Below, one piece after another: positions 36,674-45,729 of a stretch of 64,000 bases of DNA. The position numbers and the translations under genes were made by a program. Under the pieces are notes generated by a model. That model had not been told where the DNA came from, searched no databases, and saw only the letters and a list, made by a program, of their open reading frames with translations. Location: NCBI GenBank assembly GCA_035347995.1, contig DAOPQD010000006.1, forward strand, positions 1,019 to 65,018. The letters are read 5' to 3'. Source of the stretch: Anaerolineae bacterium (GTDB taxonomy: Bacteria > Chloroflexota > Anaerolineae > B4-G1 > SLSP01). The stretch's first letter is position 1. Each line of letters starts with the position of its first letter.

Positions 36674-37735
36674 ATGAAAACTGCCGATCTTGACTATGAT
36701 CTTCCTGCGGAGCTCATCGCGCAGCAGGCGGTGGAGCCCCGGGACAGCTCGCGGCTGCTCGTCATTCACCGCGACACCGGTGCGCTGGAACATCGCGGCT
36801 TCCGGGAGCTGGGGGACTACCTTCATCCCGGCGATTTGCTCATCGCCAATGAGAGCCGCGTCATCCCGGCGCGGCTGTTTGGGCGGAAGACGCCCGGCGG
36901 CGGCAAAGTCGAAATTCTGCTGCTGCGGAATCTCGGCGCGGCTCGTTGGCGGGCGCTCGTGGGTGGAGCGCGCACGCGCGTGGGAAGCCACATGCAGCTG
37001 CTGCGAGGCGAAGAACCTCTCGCGCTCTACGCTGAAGTGGAGGCGAGCGGGGAACGCGGCGAGCGCACGGTGGTGTTCTCTGAGCCCATCGAGCCGTATC
37101 TCGACAGCATCGGGCAAATGCCCTTGCCGCCGTACATTCATCAGGCCCTGGACGACCCGGAGCGCTATCAGACGGTGTATTCGCGCACGCTGGGCAGCGC
37201 TGCCGCGCCGACGGCGGGATTGCATTTCACGCCGGAGCTGCTGCTCGCCTTGCGGGATCAGGGGGTGCAGCTGGCCTTCGTCACCTTGCATGTGGGGCTG
37301 GATACGTTCCGTCCGATCACGGAGGACTCCATCGAAGGGCATACCATCCACAGCGAATGGGCGACCCTCACGCCAGAAGTCGCCGCGCAGATCAATCAGA
37401 CGAAGGTGATGGGCGGGCGGGTCATCGCCGTGGGCACGACTTCGATGCGGGTGTTGGAGACCGCGGCGCGCGAGGGACTGCTGCAGACACCCGCGGAGGG
37501 GTGTCCGTGGCGCACGGTGGCGCCTTTCGAGGGCTTCACCCGGCTTTACATCACGCCTGGATTTCAATTCCGGGTAGTGGACGCGCTGATCACCAATTTT
37601 CACTTGCCGCGCAGTACCCTCCTGGCGTTGGTGATGGCCTTTGCGGGCGTCGAGCTCATCCGTAAAGCCTACGCCGAAGCCATCCGTGAGCGTTATCGCT
37701 TCTTCTCCTTGGGTGACGCTACGCTGATCCTCTAA
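36674..37735 (+). CDS. queA: S-adenosylmethionine:tRNA ribosyltransferase-isomerase
   Basis: MKTADLDYDLPAELIAQQAVEPRDSSRLLV...GDLLIANESRVIPARL is the canonical QueA N-terminus. Confidence 0.9.
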   Translation: MKTADLDYDLPAELIAQQAVEPRDSSRLLVIHRDTGALEHRGFRELGDYLHPGDLLIANESRVIPARLFGRKTPGGGKVEILLLRNLGAARWRALVGGARTRVGSHMQLLRGEEPLALYAEVEASGERGERTVVFSEPIEPYLDSIGQMPLPPYIHQALDDPERYQTVYSRTLGSAAAPTAGLHFTPELLLALRDQGVQLAFVTLHVGLDTFRPITEDSIEGHTIHSEWATLTPEVAAQINQTKVMGGRVIAVGTTSMRVLETAAREGLLQTPAEGCPWRTVAPFEGFTRLYITPGFQFRVVDALITNFHLPRSTLLALVMAFAGVELIRKAYAEAIRERYRFFSLGDATLIL

Positions 37736-37833
37736 CCGGCGGGCTTGCCTGTAACGCGCTCGGGGCTGCCGGCGGCATGTGAGAATTGCCCTGGTCTTGA
37801 AGCGTGCCTCCCTTTCGTCCTTTCGTGGCGTGT

Positions 37834-37861
37834 TTGACTTTTGAATGGACGAGGCTATAAT
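37834..37861 (+). promoter_or_regulatory. Sigma-70-like promoter upstream of rpoC (TTGACT - 16 nt - TATAAT)
   Basis: Seen directly. Leaves a ~125-nt 5' leader before the rpoC start. Confidence 0.4.
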
Positions 37862-37989
37862 ATTTATTCGCCTATGCTAGCGGGAAGAGGTTTGATCGGG
37901 GAAGCGCTGAGGATTCCGTAGGAATTCTCGGACGCTTCTTTTGTGCTGTATGGCTCAGGCCATATTCTTTGAAGGTCGTTTGAGACCAT

Positions 37990-40900
37990 GTGGGGGAAAT
38001 GATGAATAGGGACGAAGTTGTGACCGAAGCGCGTACCTTCAAGATGTTGCGTATCAACCTGGCTTCGCCGGAAGCCATCCTTTCCTGGTCCTATGGGGAG
38101 GTAACCAAACCGGAAACCATCAACTACCGCCGTTTGCGTCCCGAAAAAGATGGGCTGTTCTGTGAAGCGATTTTTGGCCCGACCCGCGATTATCAATGTT
38201 ATTGCGGCAAATACAAGGGCATTCGCTACCGGGGCATCATCTGCGACAAGTGTAATGTGGAAGTCACCCGTTCAGCGGTGCGCCGTGAACGCATGGGGCA
38301 CATTGTGCTCGCCGCGCCGGTAGCGCATATCTGGTACACCCGGCGCATCCCCAGCCATTTGAGCATTTTGCTCGACATCAGCAAGCGTAACCTCGACCGC
38401 GTGCTCTACTTCGCGCAGTACATCATCACCCATGTGGACGAAGAGGCCCGTCAACGGGCGCTCAAACGCCTGGAAGAGCGTGAGAAGCAGGGCATCAGCA
38501 CGCTGGACAAGGCGGCGCAGTCCATGAGCGCCGATCTGGACGAGCAGCTGGCTCACTACCAGGAACAACAGGAACTGCAAGCGCGCGCTCTGCGGGAAAT
38601 GCTGGAAGAGGAGCGCGATGCCCGGGCGGATGCGATTTCTAAGGAGGCCCAGCGCTTGCAGCGACGGCTGGAAAGCCTGATGGATCGCGAAGCTCCAGAG
38701 ACGCTGATTTTTGAGATTACGGACACGGTCATCGTGGAAGCGGGGGAAATCGTCCGCCGCAGTCATTACGCCGCCCTGACCATGGTTGCCCAGGAAGCGC
38801 TCGATGAGCTCGAACATGAAATTCGTGAGCGGGAGCAGGCTCCCGTGAGAACGCCGGACGCGGAGGCGGAGACGCTGGCCGCCGGCATTCAGGACAAGCT
38901 GACGCAGATCCGCGAGGAGCTGCAGGCCAAGACGCTCACGGTGCGCACCCGTTACGACGCGGACCGCGAGGAGCTGCTGAGCCTGGCGCCGCTTCAATTC
39001 CTCAACGAAGCGCGCTACCGCGAGCTGCGGCAGAAGTGGGGACAGGTCTTCAAAGCGGGCATGGGAGCCGAGGCCGTCTACGAGCTGCTGGGGCGGCTCG
39101 ACCTGGAGGCGCTCTCGGAGGAACTGTGGCAAGAGGTGCGGACCGGGCGTTCTGCTCAGCGCCGCAAGAAGGCGACCCGTCGCCTGCGCGTGGTGGAAGC
39201 GCTCCGCAAGAGCCACAATCGCCCCGAATGGATGATTCTGACGGTGCTGCCGGTGTTGCCGCCGGAATTGCGCCCGATGGTGCAGCTCGATGGCGGGCGT
39301 TTTGCCACCTCCGACCTCAACGATCTGTATCGCCGCGTCATCAACCGCAACAACCGCCTGCGCCGATTGCTCGATCTTGGCGCCCCGGAAGTGATCATCC
39401 ATAACGAGAAACGCATGTTGCAGGAGGCCGTGGACAGCCTCATTGACAACAGTCAGCGCGGCAAGGCCATGAGCCGCCGCGGACGGCGCCAGCTCAAGTC
39501 GTTGAGCGATTTGCTCAAGGGGAAGAAGGGCCGGTTCCGCCGCAACCTGCTGGGTAAGCGCGTGGACTATTCTGGCCGTTCCGTCATCGTCGTTGGGCCG
39601 CATCTCAAGATGCATCAGTGCGGTCTGCCTAAGACGATGGCGCTGGAACTGTACCGTCCGTTCGTGATTCAGCGCCTGGTGGATTACAACTATGCGGCGA
39701 ACGTCAAAGCGGCCAAGCGGCTGATCGAGCGGCAGCGGCCCGAGGTGTGGGAAGTGCTGGAGGAGGTCATCGGCGACCGCCCCGTGCTGCTCAACCGTGC
39801 GCCGACGTTGCATCGCCTCGGCATTCAGGCTTTCGAGCCGATCCTCATCGAGGGCAAGGCGATCCAGCTCCACCCGCTCGTGTGCGCGGCTTTCAACGCT
39901 GACTTCGACGGTGATCAGATGGCGGTGCACATTCCACTGTCCCGCAAGGCGGTGGAAGAGGCCCGCAAGCTGATGCTCGCCTCGCGCAACATTCTGAAGC
40001 CCGCCGACGGACAGCCCATCATCGGTCCCTCCAAGGACATGTGCATGGGCATTTACTACCTCACCATGGACGGGCGCCCGACGGAGGAGCCCCCGCGCTT
40101 CTACACGGACCTCGATGAGGTCGAGACGGCGTATGTGTTGGGTAAGGTGACCCTGCACACGCCGATTTTGGTGGCGCAGGTGTACGAGGGGCGCCCGGCG
40201 CCTGCCGAGCCGATCGCGACGACGGTGGGACGCGCGCTGTTCAACCGGATCGTGCCCGATCCGATGCGCTTCATCAACCGACCGCTGAGCAAGAATGATC
40301 TCAACAACGAAATCGCGCGGTGCTACCGCCTGTTGGGCCCGGAAGTCACGGTGCAGTTTGCCGATGACATCAAGGCGTTGGGCTTCTACTATGCGACCCT
40401 CTCCGGCGTGACCATTTCGGTCTACGATTTGACGATTCCTGAGTCGCGGGAGGCGATCATGGAGGCCGCGTCGCAGGAGGTGGCCGAGATCGAACGGCAG
40501 TACCGGCGCGGCCTGTTGACCGAGGACGAGGAGTACAACCGCGTCATCCAGATTTGGACGCGCGTGCGCGAGGATGTGTCGCGGGCGGTTTCGGACTCCC
40601 TCGACCCCTACGGCCCCATCGCGGTGATGGCGAAGTCTGGCGCTTCCAAGGGCGGTTTCGCGCCGATCGCGCAGCTTTCGGGGATGCGCGGTTTGATGGC
40701 CGACCCCTCCGGGCGCATCATCCCGTTGCCGATCCGCTCCAACCTGCGCGAGGGCCTGACGGCGCTGGAGTACTTCATCTCCACGCACGGTTCGCGGAAG
40801 GGTCTGTCGGATACCGCGCTCCGCACGGCTGACGCGGGGTATCTCACCCGCCGGTTGGTGGACACGGCGCAGGATGTGATCATCAACGCTACGGACTGTC

Positions 40901-42300
40901 ACACTCGCCGTGGCTTGTGGATTCGTGATCGCAAGGAAGAGCGCGTCGCCGATCAGACGTTTGGCGAACGCCTTGTCGGGCGTATGGCCGCGGCGCCGGT
41001 CGTTGATCCCCAGACAGGCGAGATCATCGTGCAACGGAATCAGGAGCTCGATGAGGAGCGGGTGGAACGGTTGGTCCGTGCGGGCATCACGGACGTGTTT
41101 GTCCGCTCGCCGATGACGTGCGAGATGGATTTTGGCATCTGCGCCATGTGTTACGGGCGCGATTTGGGCCGGGGCTCGCTGGTGCACATCGGGACGGCGG
41201 TCGGTATCATCGCGGCGCAGTCCATCGGTGAACCGGGCACGCAGTTGACGCTGCGGACATTCCACACCGGCGGGACGGCCTCTTCCGGCGGTGACATCAC
41301 CAGCGGTCTGCCGCGCGTGGAAGAGCTGTTGGAAGCCCGCCGTATGCCGAAAGGCGAGGCGGAGATCTCCGATATTGCCGGCATCGTGCACATCGTCCGT
41401 GAGGGCGATGCTCTGAAGGTCATCGTGACCCATGCGCAGCTGAAGAACGCCGTCCACGAGATCCCCGAGGATTGGGAGCTGCTGGTGGAAGACGCTGACG
41501 AGGTCAAACTGGGGCAGCTGTTGGCGCGCGGCGAGACCGAAGAGATTCGCGCCAAGGCCAGCGGCCACATCAGCCTGGAAGGTCGCACGCTCACGTTGAG
41601 CTACGAGGTGAAGGACGAGCGCGAGTATGCCATGGCGCCCTCGGTGCGCCTGCTGGTGACGGAAGGGCAGAAGGTCGAAGCGGGCGAGCAGCTGTGTGAG
41701 GGGGTGCTGAATCCGCACCGGATCCTGCAGGTTCAGGGCCGCGAGGCCGTGCAGCGCTATCTGCTGCGCGAAGTGCAGGAAGTATACCGCCGACAGGGGC
41801 CGGTCATCAATGACAAGCACTTCGAGATCATCATCCGCAAGATGCTCAGCAAGGTGATGGTGACTGAATCGGGCAGCACGGAGTTCTTGCCGGGCGACCT
41901 GGTGGATCGGGTCCGTTATGAGAAGAAGAACCGCGAGATCGTGGATCAGGGCGGGCAGCCGGCGCGCGCGCGGCAGGTGCTGTTGGGCATCACCAAGGCG
42001 GCGTTGGCGACGGATTCCTTCCTCTCGGCGGCGTCGTTCCAGCACACCATCAAGGTTTTGTCGAACGCCGCGGTGCAGGGCGATGAGGATCCGCTCTACG
42101 GTTTGAAGGAGAATGTCATCATCGGTAAGCTGATCCCCGCCGGCACGGGATATCGCGGCGATGTGGAAGGTTCTGATGGCCCGATTGATGAGTATGAAGG
42201 CGTGGCCATCGAGAAAGAGCTCCCCAAAGGGACGTTGCTCAGCGATGAGGAAGAGGAGCCAGACTCGTTCCTGCTTACGGATCTGCAGCGACCCTTCTGA
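37990..42300 (+). CDS. rpoC: DNA-directed RNA polymerase subunit beta'
   Basis: Zinc-binding CYCGKYKGIRYRGIICDKC. NADFDGD catalytic motif. Full-length collinearity with beta' by recall. Confidence 0.95.
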   Translation: MGEMMNRDEVVTEARTFKMLRINLASPEAILSWSYGEVTKPETINYRRLRPEKDGLFCEAIFGPTRDYQCYCGKYKGIRYRGIICDKCNVEVTRSAVRRERMGHIVLAAPVAHIWYTRRIPSHLSILLDISKRNLDRVLYFAQYIITHVDEEARQRALKRLEEREKQGISTLDKAAQSMSADLDEQLAHYQEQQELQARALREMLEEERDARADAISKEAQRLQRRLESLMDREAPETLIFEITDTVIVEAGEIVRRSHYAALTMVAQEALDELEHEIREREQAPVRTPDAEAETLAAGIQDKLTQIREELQAKTLTVRTRYDADREELLSLAPLQFLNEARYRELRQKWGQVFKAGMGAEAVYELLGRLDLEALSEELWQEVRTGRSAQRRKKATRRLRVVEALRKSHNRPEWMILTVLPVLPPELRPMVQLDGGRFATSDLNDLYRRVINRNNRLRRLLDLGAPEVIIHNEKRMLQEAVDSLIDNSQRGKAMSRRGRRQLKSLSDLLKGKKGRFRRNLLGKRVDYSGRSVIVVGPHLKMHQCGLPKTMALELYRPFVIQRLVDYNYAANVKAAKRLIERQRPEVWEVLEEVIGDRPVLLNRAPTLHRLGIQAFEPILIEGKAIQLHPLVCAAFNADFDGDQMAVHIPLSRKAVEEARKLMLASRNILKPADGQPIIGPSKDMCMGIYYLTMDGRPTEEPPRFYTDLDEVETAYVLGKVTLHTPILVAQVYEGRPAPAEPIATTVGRALFNRIVPDPMRFINRPLSKNDLNNEIARCYRLLGPEVTVQFADDIKALGFYYATLSGVTISVYDLTIPESREAIMEAASQEVAEIERQYRRGLLTEDEEYNRVIQIWTRVREDVSRAVSDSLDPYGPIAVMAKSGASKGGFAPIAQLSGMRGLMADPSGRIIPLPIRSNLREGLTALEYFISTHGSRKGLSDTALRTADAGYLTRRLVDTAQDVIINATDCHTRRGLWIRDRKEERVADQTFGERLVGRMAAAPVVDPQTGEIIVQRNQELDEERVERLVRAGITDVFVRSPMTCEMDFGICAMCYGRDLGRGSLVHIGTAVGIIAAQSIGEPGTQLTLRTFHTGGTASSGGDITSGLPRVEELLEARRMPKGEAEISDIAGIVHIVREGDALKVIVTHAQLKNAVHEIPEDWELLVEDADEVKLGQLLARGETEEIRAKASGHISLEGRTLTLSYEVKDEREYAMAPSVRLLVTEGQKVEAGEQLCEGVLNPHRILQVQGREAVQRYLLREVQEVYRRQGPVINDKHFEIIIRKMLSKVMVTESGSTEFLPGDLVDRVRYEKKNREIVDQGGQPARARQVLLGITKAALATDSFLSAASFQHTIKVLSNAAVQGDEDPLYGLKENVIIGKLIPAGTGYRGDVEGSDGPIDEYEGVAIEKELPKGTLLSDEEEEPDSFLLTDLQRPF

Positions 42301-42345
42301 GAGGGCGCGGCGCGCATCGCGTCGGGCCACGAGACGAGGTTCCAA

Positions 42346-42373
42346 GGGGCAACATCCCATGTTGCCCCTTTTT
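42346..42373 (+). terminator. Intrinsic terminator after rpoC (GGGGCAACAT-ccc-ATGTTGCCCC + TTTTT)
   Basis: Seen directly. Confidence 0.7.
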
Positions 42374-42419
42374 GCAACCCCGCGACCTGCCGTGCGTATT
42401 AGAAACGAGGGACAAAGGC

Positions 42420-43031
42420 GTGACCGAGCAAGAGTGGATCACTGCAGCCATGCACGGAGATGAACTGGCGATCAGCTGGTTGGTGGAGACTTACCAACCG
42501 GCGGTGTATGGCTTGTGTTACCGCATGTTGGGTACCTCCACCGAGGCTGAAGATGCCGCGCAGGATGTGTTGGTGAAAGCCGTGATGAGCCTGCACACTT
42601 TTGATGTGGAGCGGCCCTTCAAGCCGTGGGTGCTGCGCATCGCCGCAAACTTTTGCACGGATCGCCTGCGGCGCCGCCGTCCCGAAGTCTCCCTGGACGG
42701 GATGGGGGAGGACGGCGCCTGGGAATGGCAGGCGGGGACGGATCCCAGCCCGGAGCGGCAGTTAGAGGAGCGCGAGCGGCAACACGCGGTACAGGCGCTG
42801 CTGGAGACCCTCGCGCCGGTGGATCGCCTGGTGGTGACGTTGTTTTACTGGCAGGATTTGTCGTATGAGGAGATCGCTGCTGTGACGCATTTGAGCGTCT
42901 CGGCGGTGAAATCGCGGCTGTTCCGGGCGCGGCGCGCGCTGGCTGAATGTTGGGCGCAGACCCAGGGGGAGGAGAGCAGCCGCTGGAATACTGGAATGCG
43001 GGAGGCGCATGATGTGGGACATGCACAGTGA
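42420..43031 (+). CDS. ECF-family RNA polymerase sigma factor (sigma-70 regions 2 and 4)
   Basis: ...AVYGLCYRMLGTSTEAEDAAQDVLVKA... region 2. ...LSYEEIAAVTHLSVSAVKSRLFRARRAL region 4. GTG start at 42420 lies 7 nt after GAGGGA. Confidence 0.85.
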   Translation: MTEQEWITAAMHGDELAISWLVETYQPAVYGLCYRMLGTSTEAEDAAQDVLVKAVMSLHTFDVERPFKPWVLRIAANFCTDRLRRRRPEVSLDGMGEDGAWEWQAGTDPSPERQLEERERQHAVQALLETLAPVDRLVVTLFYWQDLSYEEIAAVTHLSVSAVKSRLFRARRALAECWAQTQGEESSRWNTGMREAHDVGHAQ

Positions 43032-43545
43032 GGGATGGTGGATCAAGGTACTGGATGGCGAGTTGACCTCGGAAGAACAGGCTGATTGGGAGCAGCACCT
43101 GCGCGACTGCGCGCGTTGCCGTGCGGATTGGGAAGCCCTGGCCCGGCTGGACACGGCGTTGCGTCGGGCGCTGCTGCCCGCCCCGCCGGTGGGTCTGGCG
43201 CTCAAGACCACGGCGCAGGCGGCGGCCAGCTACCGACGGCGGCGGTCGTGGCTGCTGCTGGGGGTGGTGGCGTTGACGGTGTTGCTCGGCGCGGCGGGTA
43301 TGGTGGCCTTGGGGATAGCGTACTGGGACTTCAACCGCATTCTCGCCGTGATGCTGTTCTCCAGGGAAGTGCTGTTCGAGGCCTTGATCCAGACGTTGGT
43401 GGGGCTGATGGCGGCAGGGCACTCCTTCTCGCTGTTGGCGCTGGCACTGGCGGCAGCGTTGCTGGCCCTGTTCATGCCCCATGGCGTGCTGGCCACGATC
43501 ACCATGGTGATGCTGCGGCGGCAGCGTGAAGCGATCTCGGCATAA
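43009..43545 (+). CDS. Anti-sigma factor (zf-HC2 type, HLRDCARCRADWEAL) with transmembrane segments
   Basis: H-x3-C-x2-C motif. Overlaps the sigma gene's 3' end. Hydrophobic C-terminal half. Confidence 0.7.
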   Translation: MMWDMHSEGWWIKVLDGELTSEEQADWEQHLRDCARCRADWEALARLDTALRRALLPAPPVGLALKTTAQAAASYRRRRSWLLLGVVALTVLLGAAGMVALGIAYWDFNRILAVMLFSREVLFEALIQTLVGLMAAGHSFSLLALALAAALLALFMPHGVLATITMVMLRRQREAISA

Positions 43546-43754
43546 GTGGGTGACGACATTTTGTTCGTGGAATTCTGACGGAGGCGCCGGTTGGAGGAAA
43601 AAGTGGCTGGCTTTAGCGCGGAGAGGATCTGCACGAAAAATCCGTGCGCCGGCGACGCAAGCGGGCGTCGGCGCAACTTTGAGCGCTTCAGAACGTAGAA
43701 GTAAGAAGGAGACGCCATGTGTTGGCGCACATCATCCAAGGATGAAAATGTGCG

Positions 43755-44055
43755 GTAACTGTTCAGCCTGGCGTCAGGTAGCTAGACGGCGATGGATGAA
43801 CCTTTGTGAACTGTAGCTTTTGCCCCACCCCCTGCCCCCTCCCCAACGGCGTCTGCGCCGTTGGGGAGGGGGAGAAAAAAATTGGGGCTTTGCAGGCGGG
43901 CGTAGCCCGCCTGCAAAGCCCCACAAAAAAAGTTCCCCTTCCCCCCGCGCTGCGCGGGGGGAAGGGGCCAGGGGATAGGGGGCAAAAGTTGATTCTCAAT
44001 CTTCAGCAATCACCAGGAAATCTTGCGTTTTTTAGTCAGTGGCTGAACAGTTACC
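43755..44055 (-). mobile_element. MITE-like triple-hairpin element, copy B (perfect 13-bp TIR GTAACTGTTCAGC / GCTGAACAGTTAC)
   Basis: Reverse complement aligns along its length with copies at 14161..14483 and 48118..48428. Interrupts a family-2 leader repeat. Confidence 0.6.
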
Positions 44056-44434
44056 CTGTGAGCCATAGCCCGTGAGCAGAGGCTGCAACAGCTCACCGCT
44101 GCGGCTGGGGATGGAATCCCCAGCCTGACAGGAGCCAACCGCGCTGAAGCGCGTTGTTTGAGGACGTAACAGCCCCGGGGGCCAGGAATTTCTCATCTGA
44201 TTCGTGAAATTCGTGTTCATTCGGGGCCATTTTTGCAGGAGACGCCAGGTGCTGGCGCACCTCATCCAAGGCTGAAAATGTGAGTCGTGAGCAGCGACGG
44301 CGACGGCTTACGGGTTCGACACGAGCCACCCACGCTGAAGCGCGTTGTTTGAGAGCGTAGCAGCCCGGGGGTAAGAAATTTCTGATCTGATTCGTGAAAT
44401 TCGTGCCCATTCGGGGCCATTTTCGAAGGAGGTA
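44056..44434 (+). repeat. Family-2 conserved leader repeat, one and a half tandem units, ending in AAGGAGG RBS of the downstream gene (a further fragment at 43706..43754 lies left of the MITE)
   Basis: Shares the blocks GCTGAAGCGCGTTGTTTGAG, TTCTGATCYGATTCGTGAAATYCGTG and GCCATTTT with the reverse complements of 50669..50910 and 54809..54975. The CCCGGAATTCATTCCGGG hairpin of copies b and c is reduced here to a cattcgggg remnant. Confidence 0.5.
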
Positions 44435-44437
44435 GTG

Positions 44438-45646
44438 ATGTTGAAGCGCGTGATTTTCGCAAGTATGGCGGCTTTGTTGCTGCTGACAGCAGCGTCCCCC
44501 GTCTGGGCCGCACAGGGAGGGACGGGCGGGGTTCATTTCGGACCCTACACTCTGGCGCCGGGCGATAGCATCACCGGCGACCTGGTGGTTTTCGGGCCGG
44601 TGACGTTGGGCCAGGGGTCGAGCCTTACCGGCGATCTGACCACTTTTGGCGCATTGGAGATACGTGAAGAGGCCACCGTCCGTGGCGACGTCGCGGTGTT
44701 CGGCGCGGCGGATATCGCCGGAACGGTGGAGGGTGACGTCTTCTCCGCCGGGGAGTTGCGTTTGGGCAGCACGGCGCACATCCAGGGCGATGTGTCCTCA
44801 ACGGGGGCAGTGGTCCAGGAGGAGGGCGCGGTCGTCGAGGGTGAAATCCAGAAGGTGGAGCGCATTCAGGGTTTCAACTGGAATTACCGGTTTGGACCGA
44901 GCATGTTTGATAATGGCGATGGGCCGGAGCCACCCATCAGCGGGACGCAACCTTCACAGCCGCTATGGCTGCAGGCGCTGTGGAAAGTGGTGCGCAGTGT
45001 GTTGACAATTGTGGTGTTGGGGCTGTTCGCGCTTTTCTTCGTGAGCCTCTGGCCTCAACACGTAGGGCGTGTGGCGGAGACGATCATGAATGTGCCGCTG
45101 CCCGCGTTTGGAGTGGGGCTGTTGGTCTTCATCGGCGCGGCCTTGGTGCTGCTGATCCTGGTGATCACTATCTGCCTGAGCCCGTTGGCGGTGGTCGGCG
45201 CTCTCATCGTGGGCGTGGGGGCGGCGTTGGGATGGGTGGCGCTGGGCTCGGTGCTCGGCGAGCGCGTGCTGCACGGGATTTTCAAGGTGGAGCAGGCATC
45301 GCCTGTGGCGACGGCCGTGCTGGGCACTGTCTTGCTCACGATATTGGCGGTGCTCGTGCAGGTGACGTGGGACTGGCTGCCCCTCATCTTGATCTGGCCG
45401 TTGATCGCGCTGGGGGTCGGTGCGGTCACGCTGACGCAGTTTGGGACGCGGCCCTATGCGGCGACGGGTGCGGCGCTCCCGCCCGCGGCGCCGCCGGCAA
45501 TCCCTTCGCGCCGCCCCGTCGCGCCGGTCAGCCCGGCTTCGCCGGCGCCGGCTCCCGTCGCACCGGCAGCGCCTGAGGCACCTGAGGTACCTGAGGCACC
45601 TGACGCAGAGGTTCTGCCCTCACCTTTGGGCGAGGATGCTCCCTGA
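44438..45646 (+). CDS. Membrane protein with signal peptide, beta-helical bactofilin/DUF4097-like repeat domain, 4-5 TM helices and Pro/Ala-rich C-terminus
   Basis: Repeats of G(D/E)(L/V).V.G.V pattern (ITGDLVVFGPVTLGQGSSLTGDLTTFGALEIREEATVRGDVAVFG...). Immediately downstream of the ECF sigma / anti-sigma pair. Confidence 0.6.
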   Translation: MLKRVIFASMAALLLLTAASPVWAAQGGTGGVHFGPYTLAPGDSITGDLVVFGPVTLGQGSSLTGDLTTFGALEIREEATVRGDVAVFGAADIAGTVEGDVFSAGELRLGSTAHIQGDVSSTGAVVQEEGAVVEGEIQKVERIQGFNWNYRFGPSMFDNGDGPEPPISGTQPSQPLWLQALWKVVRSVLTIVVLGLFALFFVSLWPQHVGRVAETIMNVPLPAFGVGLLVFIGAALVLLILVITICLSPLAVVGALIVGVGAALGWVALGSVLGERVLHGIFKVEQASPVATAVLGTVLLTILAVLVQVTWDWLPLILIWPLIALGVGAVTLTQFGTRPYAATGAALPPAAPPAIPSRRPVAPVSPASPAPAPVAPAAPEAPEVPEAPDAEVLPSPLGEDAP

Positions 45647-45729
45647 GATAAACGGTGGATAACGGACAAGAGACGGCGCCGGGGGAATGTCCCTTCGGCG
45701 CCGTCTCGTTTGGTGATGAAGCGCTATGG

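Noticed and set aside
38272-42360. 1362-aa ORF on the minus strand spanning the whole of rpoC
   Set aside because: Antisense shadow ORF typical of high-GC DNA (few stop codons). rpoC on the plus strand has unambiguous conserved motifs and the antisense product has none.
44093-44779. Minus-strand ORFs (228 aa, 83 aa, 77 aa) over the family-2 leader repeats
   Set aside because: They cover non-coding repeats that are conserved as DNA/RNA structure in gene orientation, and they run antisense into the downstream gene.
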